DNA from: Eledone cirrhosa
Taxonomy: Eukaryota
Length of the DNA: 64,000 nt
Assembly (NCBI GenBank): GCA_964016885.1
Contig: OZ024742.1
Span: 234,794,001-234,858,000 of the forward strand
Direction: 5' to 3'
In this document: piece after piece, positions 51,410 to 64,000 of the stretch
Numbering within the stretch: the stretch's first letter is position 1
How the letters are laid out: every line of letters starts with the position of its first letter
The notes under the pieces: generated by a model
Told to the model about the DNA's origin: nothing
Seen by the model: the letters and a program-made list of their open reading frames with translations, nothing else
The model's database searches: none
Translations under genes and position numbers: made by a program

Positions 51410-52978
51410 CTGAAATAATAAACAACACACATTATACAAATAAAACATTATATAACACATGGCCACACAGTCAGGTTACACACGGCTGTGTGCATCCCTG
51501 TTTTTATAATAATAATAATATCATATCCCTGCGTGTCATAAGAGGCAACTGAAAGGGTTAACATCAAAAAGGGCATCCAGCTGTAAAACATTGTCTCAAA
51601 CTATCACATCCAACCCATGCCAGCATTGAAAAGTGGACATAAAATCGATGATGATGATGATATAACAATGGAGGCACTAATCAATATTTTAGAGTAAAAT
51701 GAATATTTTGTATTTTATGCAAGAAACATAAGTAGAGGTAAGCTTCTAGCAAATTGAATTAACAGGGTTGGTGGTTTTGTCTCCCTGCAAGCAAGGGTTG
51801 GACGTGTTATCACGGACTAGTCAGTACTCAAGCAGAGCCTCAGACCTTCAAGTACACTAGGGGCCTGACATGATTTAGCACTCTATTTAATGCATTTCAT
51901 TGTGGCACTTACTACTAGGGAATTTGTCATGCCTATCACCATCATCATGATCACTGTTTAATGTCTGTTTTTTGTGCTTTCGTGGGTTATGTTCTAGAGA
52001 TAGACAAGTCAAGTGACTATGTCCTGTTAGTATGTTCCATTTTTAGCTTGGCTTCTACAGTTGGATACCCCTCCTAACACCAACCCCATTACAGCATGTG
52101 TTGGGAACAATTTATCATGACTCCAGCACTACCACCTTAAAGGATGGATAGGTGTTTTGTCAAGGCAGCTGCACTACTGCCTTATAATGCGGATTAGGTG
52201 CTTTTCATCGTGGCACCAGCACTAACACTTTACAGAGGGGACTAGGTACATTTTTTCTTATTGGGCTTGGATTATAGCCAATGCTGAAGCAGCACTTTGT
52301 AGCATATAGTTGTTTACATCAACCTGAGTTGTTATATTTATTGACTAGTTCTTATTTGTGTATGTCAGAAAGATGAAAGACAATATGGGCCTGATTAGGA
52401 TTAAACTCAGAACAGAAAGAAATGTAACTAAATACCACAAGGTATTTTGTCTGATGTTCTACTGATTCTGTATTCCATAAACCAACCTACCAATCTTACC
52501 ATGAAACTAAAGTTCTTTAAAAGATGTACAAGAATATTTCATACCTTTCAATATATCCATTCCTGTACATATATATTTCTTAGATACACACACACATTAA
52601 CAAGATCCACTCTGTTGAAAGCATTCAGACCAAGTCTCTAGCCTGAAGATAATCTGATTTTTCATTATTTATTTCTTCTTGTCATCCTCAAACATTATGG
52701 GTTGTGCCCTCCCTCCTCTCACCAAGCAATACTTTTTTAAAAAAAATACAACTACACATTTCTCACTAAAATTTAATATTTATTCTATTTTATATTTATT
52801 TCACTTTACTCTTTTATTTGTACCAAACCATGGGCTGAAGCCATTGAGTAATTTATTATTTCATCACTTTCACCATTTAAAAACAAACAAACTTGCATAT
52901 AGATTCTGTTATACTCTTAATTACATTTACAAAAAAAGTTAATGTAAGTTAAAAAAATAACAACATATAGCTACTTAC

Positions 52979-53051
52979 CCCAAACACTATTGCCATTTGA
53001 AGACATATAGCCACTTGGATCATAAATGTCATCTCTTTCATGGAGAAAGGG
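52979..53051 (-). CDS. GPBP1: Vasculin/GPBP1-like gene, internal exon
   Basis: cttgtag|PFLHERDDIYDPSGYMSSNGNSVW-G|gtaagt, 73 nt, phase 0/1. Joins the previous exon to give FNNDFPFL, matching the vasculin F..DFPSL motif. Confidence 0.82.
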
Positions 53052-54467
53052 CTACAAGATTAAACAGATATACTTGAATATATATATTATAAAGATATAA
53101 GAAATAAACATGTTAGAAATTTTTTATGTTTAAGACAACAGATTTTGAAACAAAATCAACTTTGTTTAAAGATAGTTTAGGGCTGAGTATACCAGATGTT
53201 TCCACCACTATGGATTCGACAATAAACCTATCAGAGTACTGCTAGTACTGTGTTAGTTTACAGTCTTCAGCCTGTTAAACAATGAAACCTGGTTCTGATG
53301 CCAATTTCACCAATTTCTTGATGGAGAAAGTAACACTGTAGGTTGCATCCTAGATTAAGAACTTTTACATCTGAACAAAAAGATTGGCCTTTTATTGTCC
53401 CCTCGGTTCCAGCTGCAACTGGAAACTGTTGCATCTAAACCATGTTTATTGATATCATTGAGAGCAGTAAGCCAAGGGAAATGACTGGTGCTGAGGTGGC
53501 ATGACAGCAGATAAGAGTCCAAATATGTCTACTGTAAACTTGCAAAGGCATTTGATTTCTCACAAATCTGAAAACCAAGTAAACACCAATTCAGAGGTAG
53601 TTGTTATCCAGCTGGGTACCAGTGAACTACAAAGGTATAGTGTCCAGCCAAGTGCCATTGTTAGGTTGGGAGACAGAACTGAAACATGCTACTTAGTACA
53701 TAAAGCTTTCCAAGACTTTGTTGCATTGGATGGCATCCTATGTATGTTTGGCTGATAGAACAGATTCAGGATGAAGGCAGAGCCGAATTCAGTTTACACG
53801 GGCAGCTTCATATGCCCTGATTGTTGTAGGTTCTGTAGTGAGGTGAAGAATTGATAAGGGCACAGCAAGAGACTTGAGAAGGTAGAAATGCCAGCAGTGT
53901 TTCTGTAACAGGGAACAGAAGGTCATGGATGCCATATCTAACAGGATGGGCAGCTTGTCATCTGGTGTAGTTAACTGAATCTCCTCCACAGTGCTGGATG
54001 GAGTTTTCAAGATCAGTCAAACAAAGTGTCAGGCTGTAACAAGGGCCATTACAGAAGATATATAGAAGTTATGGCATGATGAAGCAGCTCTTCAAGGGGA
54101 AGAGGGCTGAATGTGTGTCAATGAAATGCAGTCAGAATACCAGTATTTCAAGTTGACGAAGCTTCGATTTGAGAAAGCAGAAGGATCAGTGAACCAATAA
54201 TGACAATATCTTCCTTCAGGGTATTTAGTGAAGTAGTTGCAGCAGCCAGTGCCACATCAGCCAAATGCCAAACACTGAAAGGTGCCATCATGCTACGTGG
54301 AATATTGTATCATCAAAACCAAGAGCAAAGAGAAGAAAAAAAATGTAACTTAAAAATTTGTTATCATTAGGTGAGGTGGGGAAAGAGTTACCATTAAATG
54401 TTTTCACTTTCTTACTAATCATACTTATGGAAGTAAATCTAATCCACATGCTCCCTCCGGCCGACAG

Positions 54468-55790
54468 AATGGAGAAGACATTTGCCTCGGAGGACAGTGA
54501 GGGAGATATGCTGGAACAGCCACTCAACCTTGCGAGGCTTGCACGTGTGGGTAGCCAGCTCCACTCCGATAGCAGTGAGCAAGGAGGTGGTCCGGGGGCC
54601 AAGAATGCCGGCTCAACCACAAACCTATCAGAGAGTGGCTGACACTTTGACAGTTTACCATCTTCAGCCTGACAGGCAGTGAAACCTGGACTGGTAGCCG
54701 AATGCACCAGGTTGCCGCTAGAGAAGGTGTCCCAACATGTAGCAGCACAGATGAGGGGCAGAATGGGAAGATTGTTATGTCATTGGACTTTTACTTTCAA
54801 GGCCATGCTTTATGATCTCATTGAGAGCAGCATGGCGTGGGAGGCGTCCAGCACTATAATGGCATGATAGTGGGTGGAGACTGAAAGAATCCATAGTGGA
54901 ACCGTAGTGGCATTTATGAGGCTCACAGATCTGAGGCCGGGCTTCAGGGAAACACTGATGTGTAAGCAGTCGCTGACCAGCTGAGTGCCAGTCGAAAATA
55001 ATGGCACTGTGTTGAGCCAGGCACTAGTGTGGGGTTGGGAGGTCAAGCAAAAAAATGATAGCTGGTGGTGGTCAAGCCAGTGTACCAGTTTTTCTGAGAT
55101 CATGTTGCACTGGATGGCATCCAATTTGTTTTAGGAGGACTGGACATCTAAAAGCAGGAAGGGCCAGTGATACTGGAGACTAGAGACTGAGACCGCCATA
55201 ACTGATGGGTAAAGTGACCTGTTGCCACCTGGTGTCATCAGACTAGATGCTGCATACCTCCTCAGCAGGCCATCAGATGCAGACGTTGATATCTGTGAGG
55301 AGAGATGCTTGGCATGGCATAACAGTTCCCTAACAGAAAGAGTGCTGGGTGGTCGTCGATCAGGTTCAGTTTACTCATCGGAGTTTCTAGCTGGTGAAGC
55401 CTGGACCTAAGAGTAGAGTGAATGGCAGGTGAGAGGATCGGCAAACCAAGGAGGTCTCCTGCAGCTGATGGAGTAATGATCACACACTCCAGACGGAGGC
55501 TACAAAGCCCACTGCATCATAATTGACATTTATGACTTCTATCTCGGATAAGTTGATCTTGAGGTCGATCCTCACCAGAGCAGGAACCACAGATCAGAGA
55601 CTATGAAAGACAATTTCTGCGGGTTTGCCTATCATCACATTGTCCAGGTAGGGATGATAATGCTCTAAGTAATGTTGTCTACCCTGAGTGCGAAAAGGAG
55701 GGGGCTCAATGGATCACTGGTTGAAGATGGTATGACCTTGTCTGCAGTGAGGAGTATGCTCGGAGACCTGTATGACAGGTAGGTCAGCTT
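54468..55790 (-). mobile_element. Decayed CRE-clade retrotransposon fragment
   Basis: The 3' part aligns by eye to the 14440-14780 fragment. Upstream SQPHTSAWLNTVP..STGT.L...CL.ISVSL is typical of CRE C-terminal regions. Confidence 0.7.
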
Positions 55791-55838
55791 CCACTGACAA
55801 TATATTCAAAAGGACACGAGATAAAGAAGATTCTTTAA

Positions 55839-56045
55839 CCCTTTAGTATTTACATTATTCTATAATTGCTATTATATTTTCACGGTAAAGGCTTTACCTC
55901 ACATAATATCAAATCTATGAGATTTTGATATTATTTATTTTGAGAACAATACCCTAACATCAGTATCAGCAGCCGGTTACAGCTGGTTTGAACAGAAAAG
56001 GTGAGAGAATTCTGGCGGGATACAGTCGGTTTAATTGCTAAAAGG
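55839..56045. mobile_element. TTAA-flanked (piggyBac-type) MITE
   Basis: TTAA|CCCTTTAG...CTAAAAGG|TTAA. Confidence 0.55.
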
Positions 56046-57445
56046 TTAAGCTATATAAGAGAACTTCCTTAGTGCTGGTATTACAGCTTTTGACAATGGT
56101 AAGAGTACTGAAATGTAAAATGATAAAGTTGTTAGGATCAAGAAATATGGAAGATTGCTGTTTACAGAAAACTGTCCAACTTTTGATAATACGATAAATA
56201 ATATTTTTAATGAAAAGAAAGAATCCTTTTTAATTTATGTTAGACAAAAAGAAAAAAAACAAGAAAAAAACCTTGTCTGCATATTAATAAATGAAACAGT
56301 AAAAGCAAGAACAGTATAGGAAACAGGAAAAGACAGACAGTGAATATAGAAACAGCTTGGACATGATGCTACTTTGTTTGAAACATGAGAAAACAGTTCT
56401 TTTTCTCACACACACAAACAAGCTTTTGGAAAAAACACTAGTTTCAAGGGAAATATATATCTTCCAAAGTATATTAATTTCTTCCATAGGCAAAAGGCCA
56501 ATTTTCTAAGAGAGGGGTACTAATTTTGCTTGAATCTAAACTCAAAACCAAGAAAAATGAAACTAAATATTTAGGAATTTAGTCCAGTTGTCTGATATAT
56601 CATTAACTTCTACAGGTCTTTATACTACAAATATTGTTAGATCTTGAAACAACAAGTGTAAAAAAAAAAAAAGAGAAAGAAATTATCAACAAAAATTAGA
56701 TCCGAAACACTCAAGAAAATATCATTTCTCCTCATAAAATAGCTAGCTACAAAAACTATGTGTAAACAAAATTAATTTTAGAACTCACACCTATGCAGGT
56801 TTAGCTAGCCTCATACGAGGTTGCATTTCATAGGAAGTTTCTTGGGTGTTTTAATGATAGTCATGAAAGGTAATGTGAAATGGAGTGTCTCGTTCAACAA
56901 AATGCATTGTCTGGTTCAGCAATCAAACCCATGACCTTATGATCATGAGTCAAAAACTCTAACCACTAGGCTGCATACCTTCAAATATATGTAAGGTGTA
57001 CAAACAGTGAACTGTTTTGTTTTGTTTTCAAACATCAAACTGATAAGATATAATGAAAAGTTACGTCTGCTAGGAGTGTCAAGAGTAAAGCAAAAACATG
57101 GAAACTAACAAACACACACATATATATCATTATCATCATTATTTAACGCCCACTGGAAGGGTCTTCCCAGACAAATACTTAATCAGAGCTATTGACCTCC
57201 AAGATAGGCTGAGGGCCACATTCTCTCTCTTTCTCTTCAGAGTATCCTGAGTATATTTTCATAGTACCAGCACCAAGGAAGTTGTCTTTGAGACAACTGA
57301 AGAGTCCTCTTAACCCTTTATTTGGCATGTTTTCTATGGCTGCATTCCTTTCCTATCACCAACAATCTTACAGAGTGTATAGTGCATGTGTTATCATGTC
57401 ACTAACACTAGAAAGGTTGTTGTGCCCTTGGCACAACTGAAGAGT

Positions 57446-57604
57446 CCTTCCTCCCTTTATACACAGTATTTACAACTGGATGCCTTTCCTCCCTTTATAC
57501 ACAGTATTTACAACTGGATGCCCTTCCTCCCTTTATACACAGTATTTACAACTGGATGTCCTTCCTCCCTTTATACACAGTATTTACAACTGGATTCCCT
57601 TCCT
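57446..57604. repeat. 38-bp tandem repeat, 4 copies
   Basis: CCTTCCTCCCTTTATACACAGTATTTACAACTGGATG(C) x4. Confidence 0.9.
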
Positions 57605-57749
57605 ACTGTCAACCATCTTACAGGGTGTACTGGACATATTTTTCATACCACCAATAGAAGAAATGTTGCTGTATCATGACTGAAGGGTCCTCTCAACCCT
57701 TTGGCTTGGTTTCTATAGCTGGAAGCCCTTCCTAACACCAACCACCTAC

Positions 57750-58760
57750 AGAATGCAGAGGATCTGTGAAGATTGGAAACAAAAGAGACAAGCATGGTCC
57801 AATGCATGTGTAATGTAAGTGTGCATGAGAGATGAAGCATAAATAAACTGAGAGAAAAGCTGAACATAAGAATTAGATGTACTATATAAGAGAGAATAAT
57901 GCAGTGGATTAGACATGTGATGCATATGAAGAGTGACAGCTGCATAAAAAAGTGTAGGGTGCTCAAGGTTGGTAGAACCAGCAAAAGAGGGAGGCTAAGG
58001 AAAACTTGGGATGATGTGGCCAAAGCTAAACTTCATGAAGGAAATGACTCAAAATCAAGTCACACTGCAGAAGACTCACCTTCCCACACAGAGATAGACA
58101 AGCCTGACCCTCCTGTCCATCTTCCTAACCTTATTCCCCAACTTCCCTCATCTAACCTATGCCACTACAGAAAGAAAAAATGTTCCCATCCCTCACATAT
58201 TGTGCTCTGCCTCCCACCCTACCTCATCCCCAATTCATTTCCATGCACAACCTATGCTCGCGTGGAAGATGTCGCTCCCTACTCCTGTTCATATACCTGA
58301 TTAACTCCCTTATCCAATCCATGCCAGTATGGAAAGCCAAACATTCCTCTCAATATACTGCTAGATGCAACTCACTCGTTCCAAGGCTGACCCATAACTC
58401 AATGCTTCCTCTCCTGTAAAGGTATGACCTTTCCCCCCAACTCCTATCAACAGATCCCTAGTAATGGTGCCTTGATAAAAAACACATCCAGCCCACTCTG
58501 TAAAGTGGTAGTACTAATGACACAAAGAAAAGCACCCAGCCCATGCTGTAAAGTGGCTGGTGTTAGGAGGGGCATCCAGCCGTAGGAACCATGCTCCCAG
58601 TACATGCTGTAATGTGGTTGGTATTAGAAAGAGTATGCAGTCATAGAAACTAAACCAAAATGTAACCTATGAGCAAGACATGGTTATTTGACTTGTCTCG
58701 CCTCAAACGTGACAACCTATCTAACCAATACAAGCATGGAATTAAATGGTGACGATGATG
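57750..58760 (+). mobile_element. Old RTE LINE 3' end with long UTR
   Basis: QWIRHVMHMKSDSCIKKCR...GRLRKTWDDV, followed by UTR modules and a GATGATG tail. Confidence 0.7.
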
Positions 58761-59037
58761 AATTCAGGCACAAAGCCAACAATTTTGGATACAAGAGGAA
58801 AGTCATTTATATCAACCCCAGTACTTAACTGGTACTTTATCTTATCAACCTCACAAGAATGAAATGTGAGTTGATTTTGGTAGTATTTGAACTCAGATTG
58901 TAAATAGCTAGAGCAAATACTACTAAACATTTGTCCAATGTTCTAACAACTCAGCCAATCCACTGCCCTTATGATGATCCTGATAATAACAATAATCATG
59001 AACTTTCCCAAATCAAATTCTTAGCAGCTGCACTTAC

Positions 59038-59274
59038 AAAATCATTATTGAAGACACTCTCTTCAGCACAAGTGTCTTTGTTAAGATTCTCAATAGGTTC
59101 TCTCTCTTTATTAGCTAACCCATCTCCTTTGGCGTTTTCCATCTGTCCATCTTTTTCAGATAGGGTCTTATAGTTAGATGCTGGCCTGGTCTGGAAGGAA
59201 CTGTAATAAACATCTCCATGATAGTATTCTTGTGGATAACTATCATAGTAGTAATTGGAAAAGCCACTGTTGAC
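59038..59274 (-). CDS. GPBP1: Vasculin/GPBP1-like gene, internal exon
   Basis: ctgcag|VNSGFSNYYYDSYPQEYYHG...CAEESVFNNDF|gtaagt, 237 nt, phase 0/0. Confidence 0.82.
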
Positions 59275-59688
59275 CTGCAGATGTGAAAAATATTGCTTAA
59301 TATAAAAATTACATTTAAATGAATGCATTTTTTACAATTACATATATTTCATTAATAAAATCATGCAATGCACATCTGCAAACTGAAAAGAAAATACAGA
59401 CAACAGCAGAGTTGTAATATAAAACTGAAATTTACAATATAAAAATGGTTGACAACTAGTCTAAATATTTAAATATAAACGCCAACCTGGTCTTCAGCAA
59501 CATTGTGTCAGCAACAGCTCTCTCGTCAGGTCATCATACACGACTTAATTCCATGTTTGCCCTGCACCCAGTTACTAACATAGGCAGTTCGATAGATATG
59601 GTAATCTGACTGGATGTAGGTCAAAGGAAACAAAATATAAAGTAGTGGTCAATGATCTAAGAAAGCTGGTGCTGACAGAGAATGTTAA

Positions 59689-59847
59689 CCGTTTCAAGAA
59701 CACAGCTTTTGGCAGCAAGTCACACTGACCACGTTTGGTGGCTAGAGAATTTTATGAGAAGAGCCAAGGTATATTTGGGAAGGACCGACATCCCTTAAAA
59801 TTAATTTTACAGTTTGAGTACTGCCAACCACTCTGAGCTTGAAAGGG
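59689..59847. mobile_element. TTAA-flanked (piggyBac-type) MITE
   Basis: TTAA|CCGTTTCAAG...CTTGAAAGGG|TTAA. Confidence 0.55.
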
Positions 59848-60271
59848 TTAAAGACAGAATAAAATGGAGAGATGCTAGAAGACAGACTAATTTGACAAGG
59901 TTATTTAGTTTCACTTAGCCTATGTTGCTATGAAATATACACTATTCAAATAATAACAATACTTCTTTTTAAGATTGGCTCAACAAGGCCAACTATTTGA
60001 AGGAAGGAGAAAGGTGATTATATTAACCCCAGCACTTAACTGGTACTTTATTTTATCGATCATGGAAGGATGAAAGGCAAAGTTGACTTCAACAAGATTT
60101 GAACTCATAATATAAAGAGCCAGGACAAATCTCGAAGCATTTTTTCACACACTCTAATGATTCTGCCAATCCACCTACCTCTCAAATAATAACAATAATA
60201 AAAATGTTTTCATTTAATAAGTAAGAACCAGCTCAATGGAATAGTTCAAAGTAAAACAAAGAAATACTTAC

Positions 60272-60486
60272 AGGGCTATTAATGTGAGAGGCCGATTGTT
60301 GATATTTTCCACTTTCCTGTCTGGTAGGCGATCTCAACAAGGGTGGTTGGAAGCCATACTGCATGCCATATTTCTCATAAACAGAACCATATCCATTATA
60401 GTAATTACCATAAGGTCCATATGAGTAGGAATGATCTTCATCTACAGAATGGCTTGATTTAGTCTGGCTACTGAAGTAACGCTTGT
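60272..60486 (-). CDS. GPBP1: Vasculin/GPBP1-like gene, most 5' exon visible (start codon outside the window)
   Basis: cttttatag|AC-KRYFSSQTKSSHSVDEDHSYSYGPYGNYYNGYGSVYEKYGMQYGFQPPLLRSPTRQESGKYQQSASHINSP|gtaagt, 215 nt, phase 1/0. Confidence 0.78.
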
Positions 60487-60969
60487 CTATAAAAGATAAT
60501 GATTATGAAATTATATGAATCTGATTATGATATGAAAACCATAATATATGAGTAGAATTTGTTAGGAAATAACTACCTTTTTGTTGATAATGAAATCACA
60601 AATAAATCTACCTTCAGGGTGTTGTTTATTAGCCCTAGAATTCCAAGTTTCACCCCCACCTCCATCACTGTCATTTTTTCATTCATTTTCCATGCTTGCA
60701 TGGGTTGAATGAGATCTATTTTCTAGCAGGTTTTCAACTGCCAGATGCTTTTTCTGATGCCAATCATTATCTTATTCAATGTATGGTACACGCCACTGGT
60801 GCTATGTCAAACTGCTACTCTGACTGACATACTGTTTATGAGGAGACATATATGACTGTTTCTGCAACTGGCATACACACACACACACAGATAATAGGCT
60901 TCATACAGTTTTTGTCTACCAAATTCACTCATAAGTCATTGGTCGACCCAAGGCTATGGTTGAAGGCAG

Positions 60970-61150
60970 CTGAAAAAAAGAGATCAAAGAAAGCTGTCCA
61001 CCACACAACCCCCAACTGACCAAATGCACACTTGCTCCAACTGTACCAGAGCCTGCGGGTCCAGGATTGGCCTCTACAGCCACCTCACAGAACAGGACAA
61101 CAATTCTTCCCACTGATTTTTGCAAGCGAAGAATTCACCATTCATTCATA
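60970..61150 (+). mobile_element. 3' end of a different RTE lineage with a C-terminal C2H2 finger
   Basis: HTCSNCTRACGSRIGLYSHL motif followed by an (ATTC)n-like tail. Confidence 0.65.
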
Positions 61151-61169
61151 GTTGCCCAATGTAACCTAC

Positions 61170-62690
61170 AAGAAGATGGGGAAGGCAACCGGTCCATCGG
61201 GTATAGCTGCCGAGATGCTGAAGGCATCTGGGTCTGTAGGTCACACTATAACCACACGTATTGTTAACCAGGTAATACTAGAAGGTGTCATACCAAAAGA
61301 TTGGTGCAGTAGCATCATTGCCAACTGCTACAAAGGTAAAGGTGATGCACTCGATAGAGGAAACTATAGAGGTATAAAGCTGATGGACCAGGTCATGAAA
61401 GTAACAGAAAGAGTTATAGCACAGTTGATTAGGGACCGGGTGAAACTAGATGAGATGCAATTTGGGTTTGTACCAGGAAGAGGCACCACTGATGCCCTCT
61501 TCCTTGTGAGGCAGTTACAGGAAAAGTACCTAGCTAAAAGTAAGCCACTCTACTTGGCATTTGTCGACCTTGAGAAAGCCTTTGACAGAGTTCCACGTGC
61601 TGTAATCTGGTGGGCTCTTAGAAAACTAGGAGTAGATGAATGGCTTGTGAAAGCTGTACAAGCCATGTTTAGGGGAGCAGTCAGCAAAGTTAGGATTAGC
61701 AATGAGTATAGCAAGGAATTTAGCGTACAGGTTGGGGTCCACCAGGGCTCTGTTCTTAGCCCTCTCCTGTTCATCATAGTCCTCAGGCAATAACGGAGGA
61801 GTTTAAGACCGGATGCCCATGGGAACTCCTGTATGCAGATGACCTCGCACTTATAGCTGAATCTATGGTAGAACTAGAGAAGAAATTCCAAACTTGGAAG
61901 CAGGGACTAGCTGCAAAAGGCTTCTCCCTCAAAATGAAAGGCAGACTGTATGATGCGTGTATCCGAACACCAATGTTACATGGTAGTGAGACCTGGGCGC
62001 TGAAGGTGGAAGACTTACGTAGATTAGAGAGAAACGAAGCCTGCATGCTCCGATGGATGTGCAATAGTAATATACGCGAACGACAAAGCATAAATGAATT
62101 GAGAGAGAGACTGAGCATAAGAGGAATCAAATGCTGTGTGCAGGAGAGGCGGATGCGTTGGTATGGACATGTGATGCGTATGAAGGATGACAGCTGCATA
62201 AAAAGGTGCAGAGCACTAGAAGTCGATGGAAACCGCGGAGTGGGGAGACCCAAGATGACCTGGGATGAGGTGATAAAAGCCGACCTTACCCAATTACACC
62301 TCTCAAAGGCGATGACACACGACCGTGACCTCTGGCGTCACACAGTAATACAGAGTACCCGACCTCCCATGGGTACAAGCTGAAGCATATAGACAATATG
62401 CCCCCACACCCTCCCACTGCAAGGTGATCGTGGAGGTGCCACGGCAAAAAAGCACCCAGCCCACACTGTAAAGTGGACGTGTAGGCGCCACGAAAAAGCA
62501 CCCAGCACTCACTGTAAATGAGGTTGGTGTTAGGAAGGGCATCCAGCTGTAGAAATCAAGCCAAATCAATTCCTGTATGAGCAAGGCATGGTCAGCCGAC
62601 AAGACACTGCCCACAACAGGACAACCCGTCTAACCCATGCTAGCGTGGAAGAACGGACGTAAAACGGTGATGATGATGATGATGATGATG
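61170..62690 (+). mobile_element. Young RTE LINE, 5'-truncated, internally deleted (near-identical to 37264-39185, opposite strand)
   Basis: ORFs 61152-61793 and 61865-62383, 3' UTR and (GAT)n tail. It lacks the PHD/YLG segment. Confidence 0.95.
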
Positions 62691-64000
62691 AAGAACTCAT
62701 GACCATGAGGTTGCAAAGCAAACTTTTTAAACACACCATCATGTCTCTACCTACAGTTTATATAGTAATATTAATTACTGTAAATCTTTCCACTAACCCC
62801 AAAGTTTATAACAAACAATTCTTCTGTTCTATGTAGTGCTGAATTAAGTCCTTTTGAAGCCCTAAGCACTAAGATTATGGTGGCCCTCATATATAAAGTC
62901 AGCAAAAACAAAAAAAAATCTGTTTCCATCTCAGAGCAAGTATTTATTAATGCCTTTGGTGTAAACAGATGTGATATATATATCTTTTTTTCTCTCTTAA
63001 TATTTATATCTAGAAATAGAATTATTGTATCACTAAGAGTTTTATTTAGAATATTCTGAATAAAAAATTTTAGGACAGAGTCTTTTTCTAAGTGATCTTT
63101 TAATCTATTCAAGCAGTACATTTAACCCTCTTGTTACTAACTCAGTCAAAACTCGCTCTGGTTCAATGCAAGGTTTATATATGGCTACCCCATATATAAA
63201 GTTTGCCAAAAACAGTTTTGTGGGGAGATTGGAATGACAAATAGATTTCATTTGAATAAAATGAAGCCCTTCTTTTCTTGATGCCCTAAGTATGTGTTTA
63301 TTTTGTTCCCCTGTTAATCCAGCCTTGCCTTTATGTAATGTTCATCTATCAGACCCTTGTTCTCCACTTTGATAAACTGTGGCATGTAGAATTAAGCACC
63401 TTGCTACAGATAAAATGAAACACTTTGATATAAACCAATGAGCTCATAAGCCATCTGCAAGCAGTTCAATACTTTTTATCCATTCAGTCACTTTACTCTT
63501 ATTTGCAATGAATTACTTTATAATAGAAAATGAATGCATGTTATTAAAAACTAGTGGACCAGTGCTGTCAATAACATTAAATGTATTCAAATTTTGGAGT
63601 CCAGAATTCATATGCCAATATATACCAGGATTACTGGTTATATGAACAACCATAAAGATAGTAAATTTGTATTTCAATAAATTTATCATTTGCATAAGAG
63701 AAATACTATAGTTTATGTTGATTACTGCCATGTGGAAGTGATTGAAAATAAAAATGATATCCTAATAATTTATTTCCAGGATATAATTACATAAATTTTC
63801 AGCATGCATGTACAAATGTATGAGTAACTTTAGAAACATAATATTTGCAGAGACAAATGTAGAATTAGAACCCAGGACCTTGTGATTGAATAGCTTACTT
63901 CTTATTGTAACAACATAACTAAGACAGGAAATGTACTGTGCGTATGTGTGTGTACGCTTATGTGTGTAAATTTTAAACAGCATGAATATACAAATACAAG

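Noticed and set aside
58996-59037. ORF-track extension VSAAAKNLIWESS as a protein C-terminus
   Set aside because: GTAAGT donor at 59037 and in-frame continuation into PFL (53051) restore the family DFP.L motif, so this stretch is intron.
63185-63403. Possible upstream GPBP1 exon after a good minus-strand acceptor
   Set aside because: All three frames hit stops and the expected N-terminal HDFAPAWL motif is absent.

Overview
AT-rich, repeat-dense eukaryotic (animal) genomic DNA. It is most likely an octopod cephalopod, inferred from the Nin-domain/tRNA SINE families, abundant RTE LINEs with (ATG)n tails and long (TA)n microsatellites. Two host genes can be read. (1) An intact, intronless, divergent hnRNP A1/A2-like gene with two RRMs (10504-11478, +). 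(2) Seven phase-consistent coding exons of a vasculin/GPBP1-family gene on the minus strand (60486 down to the stop at 41756); its first exon(s) lie beyond the window. The rest is mostly mobile DNA. There are about 15 RTE LINE copies whose RT carries an internal PHD finger, and a Penelope-like (Naiad-type GIY-YIG) element with about 1 kb inverted arms and a hammerhead-like motif inserted in (TA)n. Also present are CR1, CRE and R4/Dong fragments, a decayed hAT transposase, a 5 kb non-autonomous hAT element loaded with nested insertions, MITEs, many SINEs, a 55-unit 29-bp intronic minisatellite with higher-order structure and a 27-bp satellite. No CRISPR, rRNA or bona fide tRNA genes were seen. 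Repeat boundaries were read by eye and are approximate; exon coordinates were checked base by base.
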